This document shows, piece after piece, positions 42,590 to 53,674 of a stretch of 64,000 nt of DNA (positions are counted from its first letter, which is position 1; each line of letters opens with the position of its first letter). The notes under the pieces are model-generated. The model had not been told where the DNA came from, searched no databases, and saw only the letters and a program-made list of their open reading frames with translations. This DNA comes from Nitrososphaeraceae archaeon (GTDB lineage Archaea; Thermoproteota; Nitrososphaeria; Nitrososphaerales; Nitrososphaeraceae): positions 18,963 through 82,962 of the forward strand of contig DATFEP010000047.1 in NCBI GenBank assembly GCA_035250975.1, written 5' to 3'. The translations under genes and the position numbers were made by a program.

Positions 42590-43492
42590 CTAGATTTTCT
42601 TTTTCTCTTTTATCAGTATGTCTATCTGGCTATGAAGCATGTTTTTGTGCTGCATCAATATTTCATAGACTGTCCAGTTATCCTCAACATCTTCAATTAT
42701 GGAGGCCAGTTTATTCATGGCTACTCTCACTGCAATGATAGCCTTGTCGAAAGATTTCTGAGTCCTTGCATCGATATCAACTATCTTGGTTTGAAAATCA
42801 AATATTTCTTCAGGATGCTCGGAGTTTTTCATCTCATCTTTTAACATGCGTACCTGTCTTGAAGAAAGCTTTCTCTTTTTAATCAATTCAGCCAATTTGG
42901 ATTGATGTTCTTTCTCTTTTATAGGAAGCAATTCCTCTGCAAGACTTGGTTTTATCTCGTTGTTTGATATTGATTCGATTATAGATTCCGGAAAAGTCAA
43001 CATCCTTATACGTTTATCAATATAACTTGCACTTTTACCCAGTTTTGTAGCAAGTTCGGATATTCCACCCCAACCATAGGTAGATACATAATCTTTGAAT
43101 GCACGTGCTTCATCTATTGGATTTAGATTTTTAGAGTGAATATTTTCCATCAGGGATACTTCGAATGCATCCTTGTCATCAAGCTCTACCACATGACAGA
43201 GAATTTTACGCCATCCAAGCATTTTACAAGCATTGTATCTTCTTGTACCTGCAACAATTTCGTATTTTGAATCATCAGTCATCCTTACAATTATAGGCTG
43301 AAGAAGACCTTTTTCCTTTATAGAATAACATAATTCATGCATATCCTCATGCAGATTATTTCTGTAATAGTACTTGAATGGTTTAATCTTTGAGATATCT
43401 ACATTCTCTAGGACTCCAATTACACTGTTTGAAGTGGAATGGATTTTTTGCATGTGAAATATTCGGTTACAGACTATATAACCTTGTTGCAC
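42590..43492 (-). CDS. parB: ParB/Spo0J family protein
   Basis: GLLQPIIVR, YEIVAGTRR, LMENI, HTH ELATKLGKSASYI. Confidence 0.92.
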   Translation of the reverse strand: MQQGYIVCNRIFHMQKIHSTSNSVIGVLENVDISKIKPFKYYYRNNLHEDMHELCYSIKEKGLLQPIIVRMTDDSKYEIVAGTRRYNACKMLGWRKILCHVVELDDKDAFEVSLMENIHSKNLNPIDEARAFKDYVSTYGWGGISELATKLGKSASYIDKRIRMLTFPESIIESISNNEIKPSLAEELLPIKEKEHQSKLAELIKKRKLSSRQVRMLKDEMKNSEHPEEIFDFQTKIVDIDARTQKSFDKAIIAVRVAMNKLASIIEDVEDNWTVYEILMQHKNMLHSQIDILIKEKKKI

Positions 43493-43529
43493 CTGTATAA
43501 GAACTATAAAAAGAATTACTTTTTATTTT

Positions 43530-44390
43530 CTAGTTATTTGTTTCTAATTTTTCTATGAGTCCATAAATCTTGCTTGCGAATGGATGTTCAGGATATAGTA
43601 AACTGGTAAGAAATTCTTTTTGACTAAACTGGATATCACAATAACATGGTATTTCTGAAATAATATCCAGATCTATCTCGCGGGATAATTTTTGCAATGT
43701 ACTTTGTGGAGTTGGCTGAGAAGAAGACCCATCTTTTCCTCTATTATCTAATGTTATCAATGGATGATGCTGCTCTGGAGGAATGGTACAGTAACCCGAA
43801 CCTCTGTTTAGTAAAAGATAACACATTGTTCCAAACTTAGTAAATGAGCCATAAATCTCACTGGCCATTCTTTTGGTACCATCAACATCAAGGTCACCCA
43901 TTTTCAATGTCAAAAGAACGACATCGGAAACAGCAAGAGCGTTGATTGACCAATATCTCACTCCTGGACTTGTGTCGATGATGATAAAATCAGCATTTTT
44001 TTTCATTATTAGTTCTTCCCTTAATAGTATAAAGTTTCTAAGGAATTGCATTTGAGAACCTTGTTTAGATATGTTTCCATCCAGTTTGTAAATTTCTTCC
44101 TTATTGGAGTTTGCCATACTTACAAATAACTTGCCTTTTATATCAGATGAAATTGTTTTAGTAATATCAACGCAAATGTCATCAACTGAGGCATTACCGA
44201 AAAGAAAATCATTTATCCATTTTTTCGGATCTTTTAAGTCAAAATAGGAACCCAAACTTGGAGCATAAACATCTAGATCTAAAAGAAATACCCTATATCC
44301 TTTCTTTGCCAATAGTACACTGAGATTGCTTGCTATTGTTGTCTTGCCTGTTCCGCCTTTGTAAGAGTGAAAAGCAATGCATCTAGTCAT
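43530..44390 (-). CDS. ParA/MinD family ATPase
   Basis: Deviant Walker A KGGTGKTT, LDLD, IIIDTSPG. Confidence 0.93.
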   Translation of the reverse strand: MTRCIAFHSYKGGTGKTTIASNLSVLLAKKGYRVFLLDLDVYAPSLGSYFDLKDPKKWINDFLFGNASVDDICVDITKTISSDIKGKLFVSMANSNKEEIYKLDGNISKQGSQMQFLRNFILLREELIMKKNADFIIIDTSPGVRYWSINALAVSDVVLLTLKMGDLDVDGTKRMASEIYGSFTKFGTMCYLLLNRGSGYCTIPPEQHHPLITLDNRGKDGSSSQPTPQSTLQKLSREIDLDIISEIPCYCDIQFSQKEFLTSLLYPEHPFASKIYGLIEKLETNN

Positions 44391-44465
44391 ATCTTTACAA
44401 AAAAGGACGCCATAAACCCAATAATAAACTTGTGATAGGTATATTCAGTTCATATCTTTGTTTTT

Positions 44466-44867
44466 TCATACTAATACTTTTTCGATATGTTTCAAGAGCT
44501 CATCTATTGAAATAGGTTTTTGTATAAAGCACTTGTGATCCATATTTGGGTATTCCTCTAATAGCCCTTCATAATATGCCTTAAATGAAGTTATGAAACA
44601 GACTCTCAGATTGGTATCTATTTTTTTTAATTCCTGAACTAGTTCGAATCCATTCATTCCTTGCATTCTTATATCTATAAGAGATAAATCGTAAATTCCA
44701 GGTTTAAAATTATTTAAAGCAATTTCAGGATCATTAAAGGTATCTACGCTATAACCAGTGTTTTCTAATCCTAACTTGAAGGATAAAGTAGTACCTTGAT
44801 CATCGTCAACAATAAGGATCTTCTTTTTTTCCATAATAAAATCTCGTTTGAAAAAGTTAACAGTCAT
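44466..44867 (-). CDS. Single-domain response regulator
   Basis: ILIVDDD, LIDIRMQGMNG, FIQKP. Confidence 0.95.
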   Translation of the reverse strand: MTVNFFKRDFIMEKKKILIVDDDQGTTLSFKLGLENTGYSVDTFNDPEIALNNFKPGIYDLSLIDIRMQGMNGFELVQELKKIDTNLRVCFITSFKAYYEGLLEEYPNMDHKCFIQKPISIDELLKHIEKVLV

Positions 44868-45013
44868 TGTATATAAAAATATTTTCTACAAAAAATATAG
44901 AATTGTAACTAGGAAGTTCCAAACCAAACAAATTGGATACTGGCTGACAGATGATGATGATGAAAAAAAGAAACTGGAAATTGCAGGAAATGTAGAAAGA
45001 TGATTAAAGAAAA

Positions 45014-46489
45014 CTATTCTTCTGTTTTTATAGGTACAGTAAAACTAAATGTTGCACCTTTGCCTTGATTATTTTCTGCCCATATCTTTCCACCATGTTT
45101 TTCTATTATATTTTTGCAAATATATAGTCCCAGGCCTGTTCCTGATTTTGAACCCGTTACAAACTTTGTAAATAGCTTATCTTTTATCTTTGGTGAAATA
45201 CCAGGACCGTTATCTGTGATCTTTACAAGGACATCGTTATTTTGTCTTTGTACCGATACAATTACTTGGCCTTCTTCTAAAATATTTATAGCATTATTGA
45301 TCATATTTAAAAAAACTTGGTTTACACGTAATTTGTCCGCAACCAGTTTAACTGATTCTTCTTTACTCGTTAAAACTAAACTGATATTTTTCCCCTTGAT
45401 TTGATTTTCTAACTCCCCTAATAGAACTGTTACAGATTCCATTAAATCAAATTCTTCAAGATTAAGAGTTAAAAGATGACCATCGATACGAGCCACATCT
45501 AAAAGATTATCCGTAAGAAACTGAAGTTTTTTAGCATTGCTGACAATTATCCTAAGTAGATCATCCTTCTTATCAGGATCAAGATTCTTGTTAGAAAGCA
45601 TAACTTCGGCAAGACCTAAAATAGGCTGAATTGGATTTCGTATCTCGTGTGCTGCTTCATTAATAAATTGTCTTTGTGTCTGACTTGTCTCTTTTAATTG
45701 GTGGTAGAGGTCATCTGCTTTTTTATAGATATCCGCCTGTTTCCACAAATTCTCGAATATAGATACATAATATAATACTGTTGATTTGCTATTTGAATAA
45801 GTCGATAATCCCATCGCATCAATAGAGTCTTCCGCTGAATCATTTTCTTTTTGTAATTCAACCGCAAGAGAGAATCTTCTATCAGTTATCAAAATAGTGA
45901 TATTGAGATGCAATGGTTCTGGCAGATACTGTATGTCTATCGAATATTCATTTTTCAGATTATCAACGGTTGTTTGTATTTTTTCATCAAAAGGAGTTAG
46001 AATTCGAATATTAACATTTTTTGATGGATCCTCTTTTATCTTTTTTATAATCGCAAATCCGTCTGCTTGATTTATTCGCCTGTAAAAGGCGTTTGAAGAA
46101 GAAAAGAGTAATAGAATTTCTTTTTCTGCGGATCGAACGAGTTGAATAGCCGTTGCTAGTGCCTCTTTAGGATTTTTGATTACATGAATATAACGATCTT
46201 TTGATTCAATATCTATTTCTCTTATTTCATCATAGGATGGTACAATTTTGTTCCAAAAAGGATCTGAAATAATTTCTGTATTTCCTGTAAAACTAGTAAT
46301 ATTTTTTCCATAAAAATGGTCAAGTCTTTTGAACATGGTTACACATTGATTTGTATCAAAAAAGTACTTTGATCCAGAAATAGATTCTTGAATAATTTCG
46401 TTAGGATCTCTATTTATTAGAGACTTGCCACATAGGGAACATTTGAACTGAGTTTTATTATTTGAAGTATTTATATGATTACTCATCAT
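45014..46489 (-). CDS. Soluble sensor histidine kinase with N-terminal TRASH-like and central TrmB/PLD-like domains
   Basis: AAHEIRNP, NMINNA, DNGPGI, GTGLGL. Confidence 0.95.
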   Translation of the reverse strand: MMSNHINTSNNKTQFKCSLCGKSLINRDPNEIIQESISGSKYFFDTNQCVTMFKRLDHFYGKNITSFTGNTEIISDPFWNKIVPSYDEIREIDIESKDRYIHVIKNPKEALATAIQLVRSAEKEILLLFSSSNAFYRRINQADGFAIIKKIKEDPSKNVNIRILTPFDEKIQTTVDNLKNEYSIDIQYLPEPLHLNITILITDRRFSLAVELQKENDSAEDSIDAMGLSTYSNSKSTVLYYVSIFENLWKQADIYKKADDLYHQLKETSQTQRQFINEAAHEIRNPIQPILGLAEVMLSNKNLDPDKKDDLLRIIVSNAKKLQFLTDNLLDVARIDGHLLTLNLEEFDLMESVTVLLGELENQIKGKNISLVLTSKEESVKLVADKLRVNQVFLNMINNAINILEEGQVIVSVQRQNNDVLVKITDNGPGISPKIKDKLFTKFVTGSKSGTGLGLYICKNIIEKHGGKIWAENNQGKGATFSFTVPIKTEE

Positions 46490-46960
46490 TTTCCACGAAG
46501 TACAATATTAAATATATAATTTCTATCTTTTTTAAACTATTTGAATTATATAGTAAATTTGATTTTCCTAATGAGAAGAGGTTACCAGATCCATGCAGAA
46601 TTCATTTCCATAAATTCCTGAAAACCTTTCAAAGAGAATTTTACAATTTTTTTTATCAAAAAGAAACTCGTATGTAGTATCGTCTATGGATCTGAAGGTT
46701 TTTATAATGGTCTCAGCATTTTCTATTGTACAACCACATAAACTACATTTTAATTTCAGGATATATTATTATACACTTTAACGAATATAAAGGGTAGTAC
46801 AAATTTTTATTTATATCATAATTAAAATTCAATTTATCACATGGCTCATTTTATGATCGTAGATAATAATATTATTATATATTTTTCTTACATATAGCTA
46901 TTATCATACGAAACAGCAATTAATAAAAAAGATCCTGTTAACGTAAATCAATGACGTTTC

Positions 46961-47824
46961 TCATAGCTTCTTTGAACAAACAATTCCATAACGTAATAAT
47001 CCTTTATTAAGGCAGTCACACTCTAGAATATTTCTGTCTTGTTCTTCATCAATATGTATCCTTAAAATGGGATCGATGATATCTTCATGTAATTTATTCA
47101 ATCGTATTATTCCCTCGCCATAAGATTTTTTTACATTGATGCTGACATCTTTGGTAATGACATCACTATATCCAGCCAGTTGTATGAGTAGACTGATTTG
47201 ACCCAGTGAGCAAAGATTGATACAAGATTTTTTGCAAACCTTGGTTAATACATTGTTTTCATAAGTAGAAATGTAACCATCTCTAGAAAAATAATCAGAG
47301 ATTACTAGCCGTCCACCTTTTTTAAGAACTCGAAAGGCTTCTTTCAAGAAATTATTCTTATCAAGGGCATAACAAAAACTTTCAATAGCTATCACAACAT
47401 CAAATGACTCTTTGTCAAATTTCAGATCAGTAATATCCATTGTTTCAAATGTTACCATACTATCTATTTTTTTAGCAGCTGAAAATTTTTTTGCCAGAAA
47501 GATTTCATTATCAACTAAGGAAACACCTTTTACTTTACATCCTCTATTCTGTGCCCACCAGATGGAGCTTCCTCCAACCCCACATCCAGCATCTAAAACT
47601 AGATCACCCTTCTGAAGTTTAGCTGTATCTGAAACAATTTCATTCATTTTCAATAGTGATTCTTCATGAGAAATTTCCTTTCCATTGTCTTCGTAATATC
47701 CCATGTGTAGGGCAAGGTTATCATAATTTCCCCAAATATCAAGATACAGTTTATGATAGATCTCGTAAAATTTGTAAACTTCATTTATCCTATTTTCATG
47801 AGTATATTCCAAATTATATACCAC
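46961..47824 (-). CDS. Class I SAM methyltransferase (tocopherol/sterol MT-like)
   Basis: LHMGYY, VLDAGCGVGG, RVLKKGG. Confidence 0.9.
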   Translation of the reverse strand: MVYNLEYTHENRINEVYKFYEIYHKLYLDIWGNYDNLALHMGYYEDNGKEISHEESLLKMNEIVSDTAKLQKGDLVLDAGCGVGGSSIWWAQNRGCKVKGVSLVDNEIFLAKKFSAAKKIDSMVTFETMDITDLKFDKESFDVVIAIESFCYALDKNNFLKEAFRVLKKGGRLVISDYFSRDGYISTYENNVLTKVCKKSCINLCSLGQISLLIQLAGYSDVITKDVSINVKKSYGEGIIRLNKLHEDIIDPILRIHIDEEQDRNILECDCLNKGLLRYGIVCSKKL

Positions 47825-47942
47825 GATGGTCTTCCTCCACTAGATTCAAGAATAAAATCATATTTTGTACTAAATCCTAGTATAAAAATATGATGAGTTT
47901 ATTATAGCCAAATGCGTTAGTACCCATCTATAATAATGCCTT

Positions 47943-48905
47943 TTATTTTCTTCTTAAACTGTGATAAAAATAAGTGTGCATGTGTATTATAAAGATTCCA
48001 AAAATTCCCAAAGTACCTCCAAATAATGCCAGTATTACGTTATCTGGGAGAGTATTTTGAATTGCTAAATGAGTCAGGATAATTTGAATAATCAAGGTTA
48101 ACAATATTCTGGATGAAGCAATTGTGGAAGTCAAAGAAGCTCCAATCCTCTTCAATCCTTCAACATATAGCATCGTTCCTATTAACGGTAACAGAGAAAA
48201 AATAAAAAATATATACCAATAAGACACAAGTAATTGAAACGATAATTCGGGCGAGAAGATTATCATGATTACAATCAATATTGATCCCGATATCAGTAGA
48301 CACATTCCAGAAATTTCTATTGGAGAGTGTCTTGTTGACAACCTCGTCAAAAAGAAGACTGCAAGTGCAAAGAAGACTGCTGAAAAAACGGCTTCTATAT
48401 CACCAAATTCAATAGAAAATTGAAAAAGATCAAAATTAACACTTAAAATTGGAACACCTATACTATTATCAACTATACTATTGTCACTTAATAGTACTAT
48501 GACAAATCCAGTAATAGCTACTGCTACTCCAGTAAATTGTACTTTATTCAGTCTTTCATGTAAAAACAATCGTGCTAAGAACAATATAGCTATTGTTTCC
48601 ATTGGACCAGACAAAAGACTTTCTTTTGAAGCTCCGATTCTACTTACTGCATCATACCACGTAAAAATACCCATTGAAAGAAAGATGGAGGCAGGAATGA
48701 AATCCTTCCAGGATTGAAAAATCGAAAATTTCTTCTTTGTAAAGATAATTGACAATAAAAGAAGTAATGTTCCTGACATAGCAATACTAAAAGCCGAAAT
48801 TGACAAGGGGGAGATGCCTAGTAAACGAGTAAGATACTCTATGAGGATAGATTCTATTGATAAAACAAATGCAAATAAAAAAACTATCCACGATCTTTTA
48901 ATCAA
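47943..48905 (-). CDS. EamA/DMT family transporter
   Basis: About 10 TM segments, duplicated RIGAS, FLHERL. Confidence 0.88.
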   Translation of the reverse strand: MIKRSWIVFLFAFVLSIESILIEYLTRLLGISPLSISAFSIAMSGTLLLLLSIIFTKKKFSIFQSWKDFIPASIFLSMGIFTWYDAVSRIGASKESLLSGPMETIAILFLARLFLHERLNKVQFTGVAVAITGFVIVLLSDNSIVDNSIGVPILSVNFDLFQFSIEFGDIEAVFSAVFFALAVFFLTRLSTRHSPIEISGMCLLISGSILIVIMIIFSPELSFQLLVSYWYIFFIFSLLPLIGTMLYVEGLKRIGASLTSTIASSRILLTLIIQIILTHLAIQNTLPDNVILALFGGTLGIFGIFIIHMHTYFYHSLRRK

Positions 48906-49166
48906 TTACTATTTACTACTAGTCTACATTTTCATCTAAAAATAAACCTTCCTAAGCAAAAAAATTGTATATAGACTATACAAGGCACCATAAATTTAAG
49001 GAGACATACCAATTTTGTAATTGAAAGATAGATATATTATATAATATCAGCATTGAAAAACTGTATATTGAATTACAATAACATATTATTCATCAATGAA
49101 AAACTATATATTTCTAAAATAGAGACATATCTAATAAAAATAAATTGTAAATTAGAAAAAAATCCC

Positions 49167-50048
49167 CTAAGGCATATTCATATTCATGTTCATATTTGAC
49201 TGTCCATCCATCATATTCATATTCATATTCATTCTAGTTTTCAAATTGAAGGCATCTTGCAATTCTGGATGTATAGTTAGGTGCACCAACCTCATCAGAT
49301 CGCCAGCAGATCCAGTATTTAATAAAATACTATGCAAATTGTCTATGCCCTTTTCCAATTTATCTAGCAACAAAGAATCAGTTTTGGATTCACCCGAAAC
49401 CGAGTCTGTGGATTTTAAATAATTAAATATATTTTTCACCTCCGTGGTCAATGCAAGAGCTGTTTCATAATTATCATAATTGAAAATTGTATTATTTGTT
49501 GAAATGAGTTTTTGATATTGTTTATAGTTAGCACTGGAGTAGTTGATAGGAATATTAGAATTTATAGATTTTTTAAAATTATCCAAAATGCCCAAGTTAG
49601 ACATATTGGTCAAATCAACATCCAAAATAATTGCTGAAGCGTATTCACGTAGAATTTGATCAATTAGATCAGCTGTTACTAAAGAGTGAATAGTACTGTT
49701 TTTACTAGATATCTCCTTGTTGTATCTTTTAATAAAATCGTTATCATCGACTATATCATCGTCAACATAATAGACATCATTTACCAGCCTTGCAGCATTG
49801 TCAGAGTGATCCATTGATAGTGTTATATTTACCGGAAAATTCTTCTTTGCAAGTTCTAGCTGAATCGCGGCTTGTTTTGATATTGCAAGAAATGTCACAG
49901 AATCATCAGAAGTAAAACTATGACCAAATGCATGGTGATGGTTGTCAGTATTAGTATTTGAAATACTATTCAAAGATAAAATCAAACCCATTCCAAATAA
50001 AATGGATAAAAGTGAGATATTATCATGGGTATAATAATGGCTACTCAT
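49167..50048 (-). CDS. Exported protein with His cluster and Met-Asn repeat tail
   Basis: Signal-like N-terminus, HHHAFGH, VHLTIHP, MNMNMNMMDGQSNMNMNMNMP. Confidence 0.8.
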   Translation of the reverse strand: MSSHYYTHDNISLLSILFGMGLILSLNSISNTNTDNHHHAFGHSFTSDDSVTFLAISKQAAIQLELAKKNFPVNITLSMDHSDNAARLVNDVYYVDDDIVDDNDFIKRYNKEISSKNSTIHSLVTADLIDQILREYASAIILDVDLTNMSNLGILDNFKKSINSNIPINYSSANYKQYQKLISTNNTIFNYDNYETALALTTEVKNIFNYLKSTDSVSGESKTDSLLLDKLEKGIDNLHSILLNTGSAGDLMRLVHLTIHPELQDAFNLKTRMNMNMNMMDGQSNMNMNMNMP

Positions 50049-50185
50049 AAACTACGAACTAGAAATTTAGTTTCTCTAATAAAACTATTTTGATATGAAA
50101 TTTGTTTAATATCTTCCAAGGCAGTTTATAAAACGAAATAACCCCAGTGTTTAAATTTATTTATAGGATTTGTTTATAAAAAAAT

Positions 50186-50371
50186 ATGCCAGTAATTCAA
50201 ATCACTATGAACGAGGGAAGGAGTATTGAACAAAAAAGAGAATTGGTTAAGGTTTTAACAAGGGAAACAGCTCGCATATTACGCGCTAAAGAAGAAAACA
50301 TGAGAATACTAATTTATGAGATATCAAAAGAGAATTGGGGCAACGGTGGAATCCTAGGATCTGACTTGTAA
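50186..50371 (+). CDS. 4-oxalocrotonate tautomerase family protein
   Basis: N-terminal Pro, EGRSIEQK, NWGNGG. Confidence 0.92.
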   Translation: MPVIQITMNEGRSIEQKRELVKVLTRETARILRAKEENMRILIYEISKENWGNGGILGSDL

Positions 50372-50584
50372 CTTTAAATCGAAAAGATCTCTTGAAATTT
50401 TCTTATTTTATGCCTAAATTACATATACGAAAATTGAGGACATGGTGTAGTCTTATAGAGAAAATTATACCAACCAAAAATTTTTCATATACATCTACTG
50501 ATAATAATATTTAATATGATTTACTTATTTATAAAATTCAAATGTTTGTCTTTACTCATACCGATAATCATAAAAATCAATTAA

Positions 50585-50812
50585 CTACACATGCACAAAA
50601 CCTGCGAATTCCTTTTTAGTCTCGGTAAAAATAATCTTTCCGACATATTCATCTATTCCTAGATCTTGTGCTATCTTTGACGGTTCCTTATCTAATATGG
50701 ATTCAATGGTGAATCCTGCATTATTTAACGCATCTTTTAAACCTCGAGATATTTTTATGAGACTGATTCTGTTGTCGTTAGTCATTACCTGTATATGACC
50801 ATCGTAGAACAA
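50585..50812 (-). CDS. Small hypothetical helix-hairpin-helix-like protein
   Basis: ALNNAGFTIESI...IAQDLGIDEYVGKII. Confidence 0.65.
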   Translation of the reverse strand: MFYDGHIQVMTNDNRISLIKISRGLKDALNNAGFTIESILDKEPSKIAQDLGIDEYVGKIIFTETKKEFAGFVHV

Positions 50813-50926
50813 AAGTTTATCCTATATACTATATTTAAAATATTTAGATCTATATATCATGAATTATAAGACGTAAGACAACAGCATAAAACATATGTTG
50901 GTTATCATTTAAGATTAAAATGCAAT

Positions 50927-51328
50927 TTGAACGATATATTAGATGTATATTTTGACGATTTAGATAAGAAAATCTATATCCGTTTAGATTGTTCATGGTC
51001 TCCAGAAACTGTAAAGAAAATTGTTATGAATTTACCTATTAAAACGTACATGAACCAGTGGGGAGAGGAATTCTATAGCGACGATACAAAAATCGATGTC
51101 AAATACGAAAATCCCAAAAAAGAAGTAGAAATTTTCGATGTCGCTTTCTGGCCTGAAGGAAAAGCAATTTGCTTATTTTTTGGTCCAACGCCAATAAGCA
51201 AAATCGACAAGATATTACCTTATTCACCGGTAAATGTTATTGGAAGAGTAATTAATCCCGATCAAAATATTATAGAAGTTTTAAAACATAAAAATAGAAC
51301 ACGTGTGACTATTAGCAAAAGTTCATAA
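50927..51328 (+). CDS. Cyclophilin-like fold protein
   Basis: WGEEFY, DVAFWPEGKAICLFFGPTP. Confidence 0.85.
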   Translation: MNDILDVYFDDLDKKIYIRLDCSWSPETVKKIVMNLPIKTYMNQWGEEFYSDDTKIDVKYENPKKEVEIFDVAFWPEGKAICLFFGPTPISKIDKILPYSPVNVIGRVINPDQNIIEVLKHKNRTRVTISKSS

Positions 51329-51372
51329 TAAGATGATATTTCATTACCATTTCCAACCAATTTTTAGAAGAG

Positions 51373-52089
51373 ATGATTCGAGCAATAATAAAATACAGTA
51401 GAATTGACTTTAAGATGTTGTTACATTTGAAAGGAATAATTTTTGATATGGATGGAGTATTGGTTGATTCTATGCCATCTCATTCCCGGGCATGGCAATT
51501 GGCTTTTGAAAATGTAACAAATATTCAAGTTGAAAGTAAACTCATCTACAAAAATGAGGGAAGAAGGGGAATGGAATTAGTAAGAGAGATACTTGCTACT
51601 AAAAATATTTATGTTGCAGATATATCCATCATAGAGAAAATAGTTAGGAAAAAGAGTGAGATTTTTAAGGATATAGGTAGTTTTAAGTTATTTCCAGGTG
51701 TTAAAAAGCTAATATCCGGTTTACCTTGTAGAAAGGCAGTAGTTAGTGGGTCTACAAAGTCTGACGTTTTTAATATCATAAATCATAGCTTTGGAAATAA
51801 GATATTTGATGTCTTGGTGACCGCAGATGATATTGCCAATGGAAAACCAAATCCTATGCCGTTTATCAAAGCTTTACAACAACTAGATCTAGAAGCTGAA
51901 AATGCTCTTGTAGTTGAAAATGCACCATTAGGGGTACTGGCTTCAATAAATGCAGGAATAGAATGTATTGTGACATTAAATAATACTCCTTTATCTTATG
52001 ATGATTTTAAACCTATGATTTCAAATCACCGAATATTTACTAATTTGAAATCTGCAAATAAAATATTGATGAATTGGTGTGTTAAATAA
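51373..52089 (+). CDS. HAD family phosphatase (beta-PGM-like)
   Basis: FDMDGVLVDS, GKPNP, VENAPLG. Confidence 0.92.
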   Translation: MIRAIIKYSRIDFKMLLHLKGIIFDMDGVLVDSMPSHSRAWQLAFENVTNIQVESKLIYKNEGRRGMELVREILATKNIYVADISIIEKIVRKKSEIFKDIGSFKLFPGVKKLISGLPCRKAVVSGSTKSDVFNIINHSFGNKIFDVLVTADDIANGKPNPMPFIKALQQLDLEAENALVVENAPLGVLASINAGIECIVTLNNTPLSYDDFKPMISNHRIFTNLKSANKILMNWCVK

Positions 52090-52190
52090 TAATAGCAAGG
52101 ATCAAATCTGTAATCAAGAATAGAATAAAATTATTTATCAGAACTAAAAAGAAAACAAAATAAGGTAAAACATATTGGAAGAATAATGGG

Positions 52191-53333
52191 TCAACCTGTA
52201 TTTTCTGCAAAAGATACTTTTTTACCTTGAAATTTTGGATCAAACCAGCGAGGTTCAATCTTTGAGAAGATTAGAGAGCCTATCACACCCATTACAGCAC
52301 CTATAGCTATCGTAAAAAAAGATAGTGGTACAAGGGTATTGAGAAAGGTTGGTAATACTCCATTAATTGAATCTAAATTTGCATTTAATGCATTTCCATA
52401 GGTCCATGTAATCATAGGATAATTGAAAAAATAAAAAACCGAACCCATTATTCCTCCCACTGCCAGTTTATTATACTTAAATTTTAATTCATTTTTGAAC
52501 AATCTAGAATTTAATATAATATCCGAAAGAAGAGATGCACTCAATATAGTAACAATGTACCACGGCAATACAGGTGACAATAGACCCTTAGCAGGGATTA
52601 TGTTTGCAAAAATATTAATAACAAGCAATAGTGAAGCAATGACAAATCCACTGCCAAAACCATTATTTAATGCTCTAGAGGAACTTAAAAATATTATAGA
52701 ATTGATTAATGGAAGGGATATGCTAGCAATTATTGTTGCACTATAAGAATCGAGATTAAAGTTAAAAAAATCGGAATCAGAAAATGGTAATACAAACATG
52801 AAAGTATACCATATAGATGTATACCACAATGATGTAAGCGAAGGAATTAGAAAGAATTGTATCAAACGCTTTCTTTTCGGGATATAACTCATTAATCTAT
52901 ATAATCCCATGAATACTGCAACGGAATTTACTAACATTCCCGTAACCAAAGTAACATGTGATGGACTCAAAAGCCCATCGAAGCCAAAGGTGTTATGCCA
53001 TAGAAAATCAAAAGGGCCTGCAATTACAGCCAACAAAGATCCTATTACCAAAAGTTTGAATGCTCCTGCAACAGATGTATTTTTTATTTCCTGGCTTCTC
53101 ATTAATATACAACCCAATAGAGCAGAAAGTGAGATTAGACCAACGCCAGTATATAGCATAGTATGAGATGATGTAAAGAATGATTCTGGTTCTTGTAGAA
53201 TATGGGATGTCACATCCCAACTACCTCCACTAATTTGTACAAGAGAACCGATTGAAGATACAATTAGAATAAAAAGAGATATTTCAAAACGAGAATGCGA
53301 CAGAAAAACAGATTTTGCACTTCTAACACTCAT
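52191..53333 (-). CDS. Membrane protein with two D-x3-H...H motifs
   Basis: WDVTSH...TSSH and FDFLWH...LSPSH; multiple TM helices. Confidence 0.85.
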   Translation of the reverse strand: MSVRSAKSVFLSHSRFEISLFILIVSSIGSLVQISGGSWDVTSHILQEPESFFTSSHTMLYTGVGLISLSALLGCILMRSQEIKNTSVAGAFKLLVIGSLLAVIAGPFDFLWHNTFGFDGLLSPSHVTLVTGMLVNSVAVFMGLYRLMSYIPKRKRLIQFFLIPSLTSLWYTSIWYTFMFVLPFSDSDFFNFNLDSYSATIIASISLPLINSIIFLSSSRALNNGFGSGFVIASLLLVINIFANIIPAKGLLSPVLPWYIVTILSASLLSDIILNSRLFKNELKFKYNKLAVGGIMGSVFYFFNYPMITWTYGNALNANLDSINGVLPTFLNTLVPLSFFTIAIGAVMGVIGSLIFSKIEPRWFDPKFQGKKVSFAENTG

Positions 53334-53674
53334 AACAAATCTAATTTGATAGAACTAATAAGGATAACTAAGAGACTATGACGAGATTTTTTTTATATGG
53401 ATGGATACTTTTAATATTTAAAATGACAATAACAAACTCTAATAGTAAAAGAAAAAGCTAACAGTCAATTAAAAATATACCAAAATTTCTCTCCTAGTTG
53501 TTGGACCGTAAAAATTTTAGTATCATATTTTTGATATGCCAAATAACAAAAAGCATGTTTGATGAAAGATAACCTGTCGACAGATCTCTGTCCAAATATA
53601 TAATTTATAGGATAATACCAGAAATTTGATTATAAAAGAAACATATAGAAACAGCAATAATAATTATTTCATGG

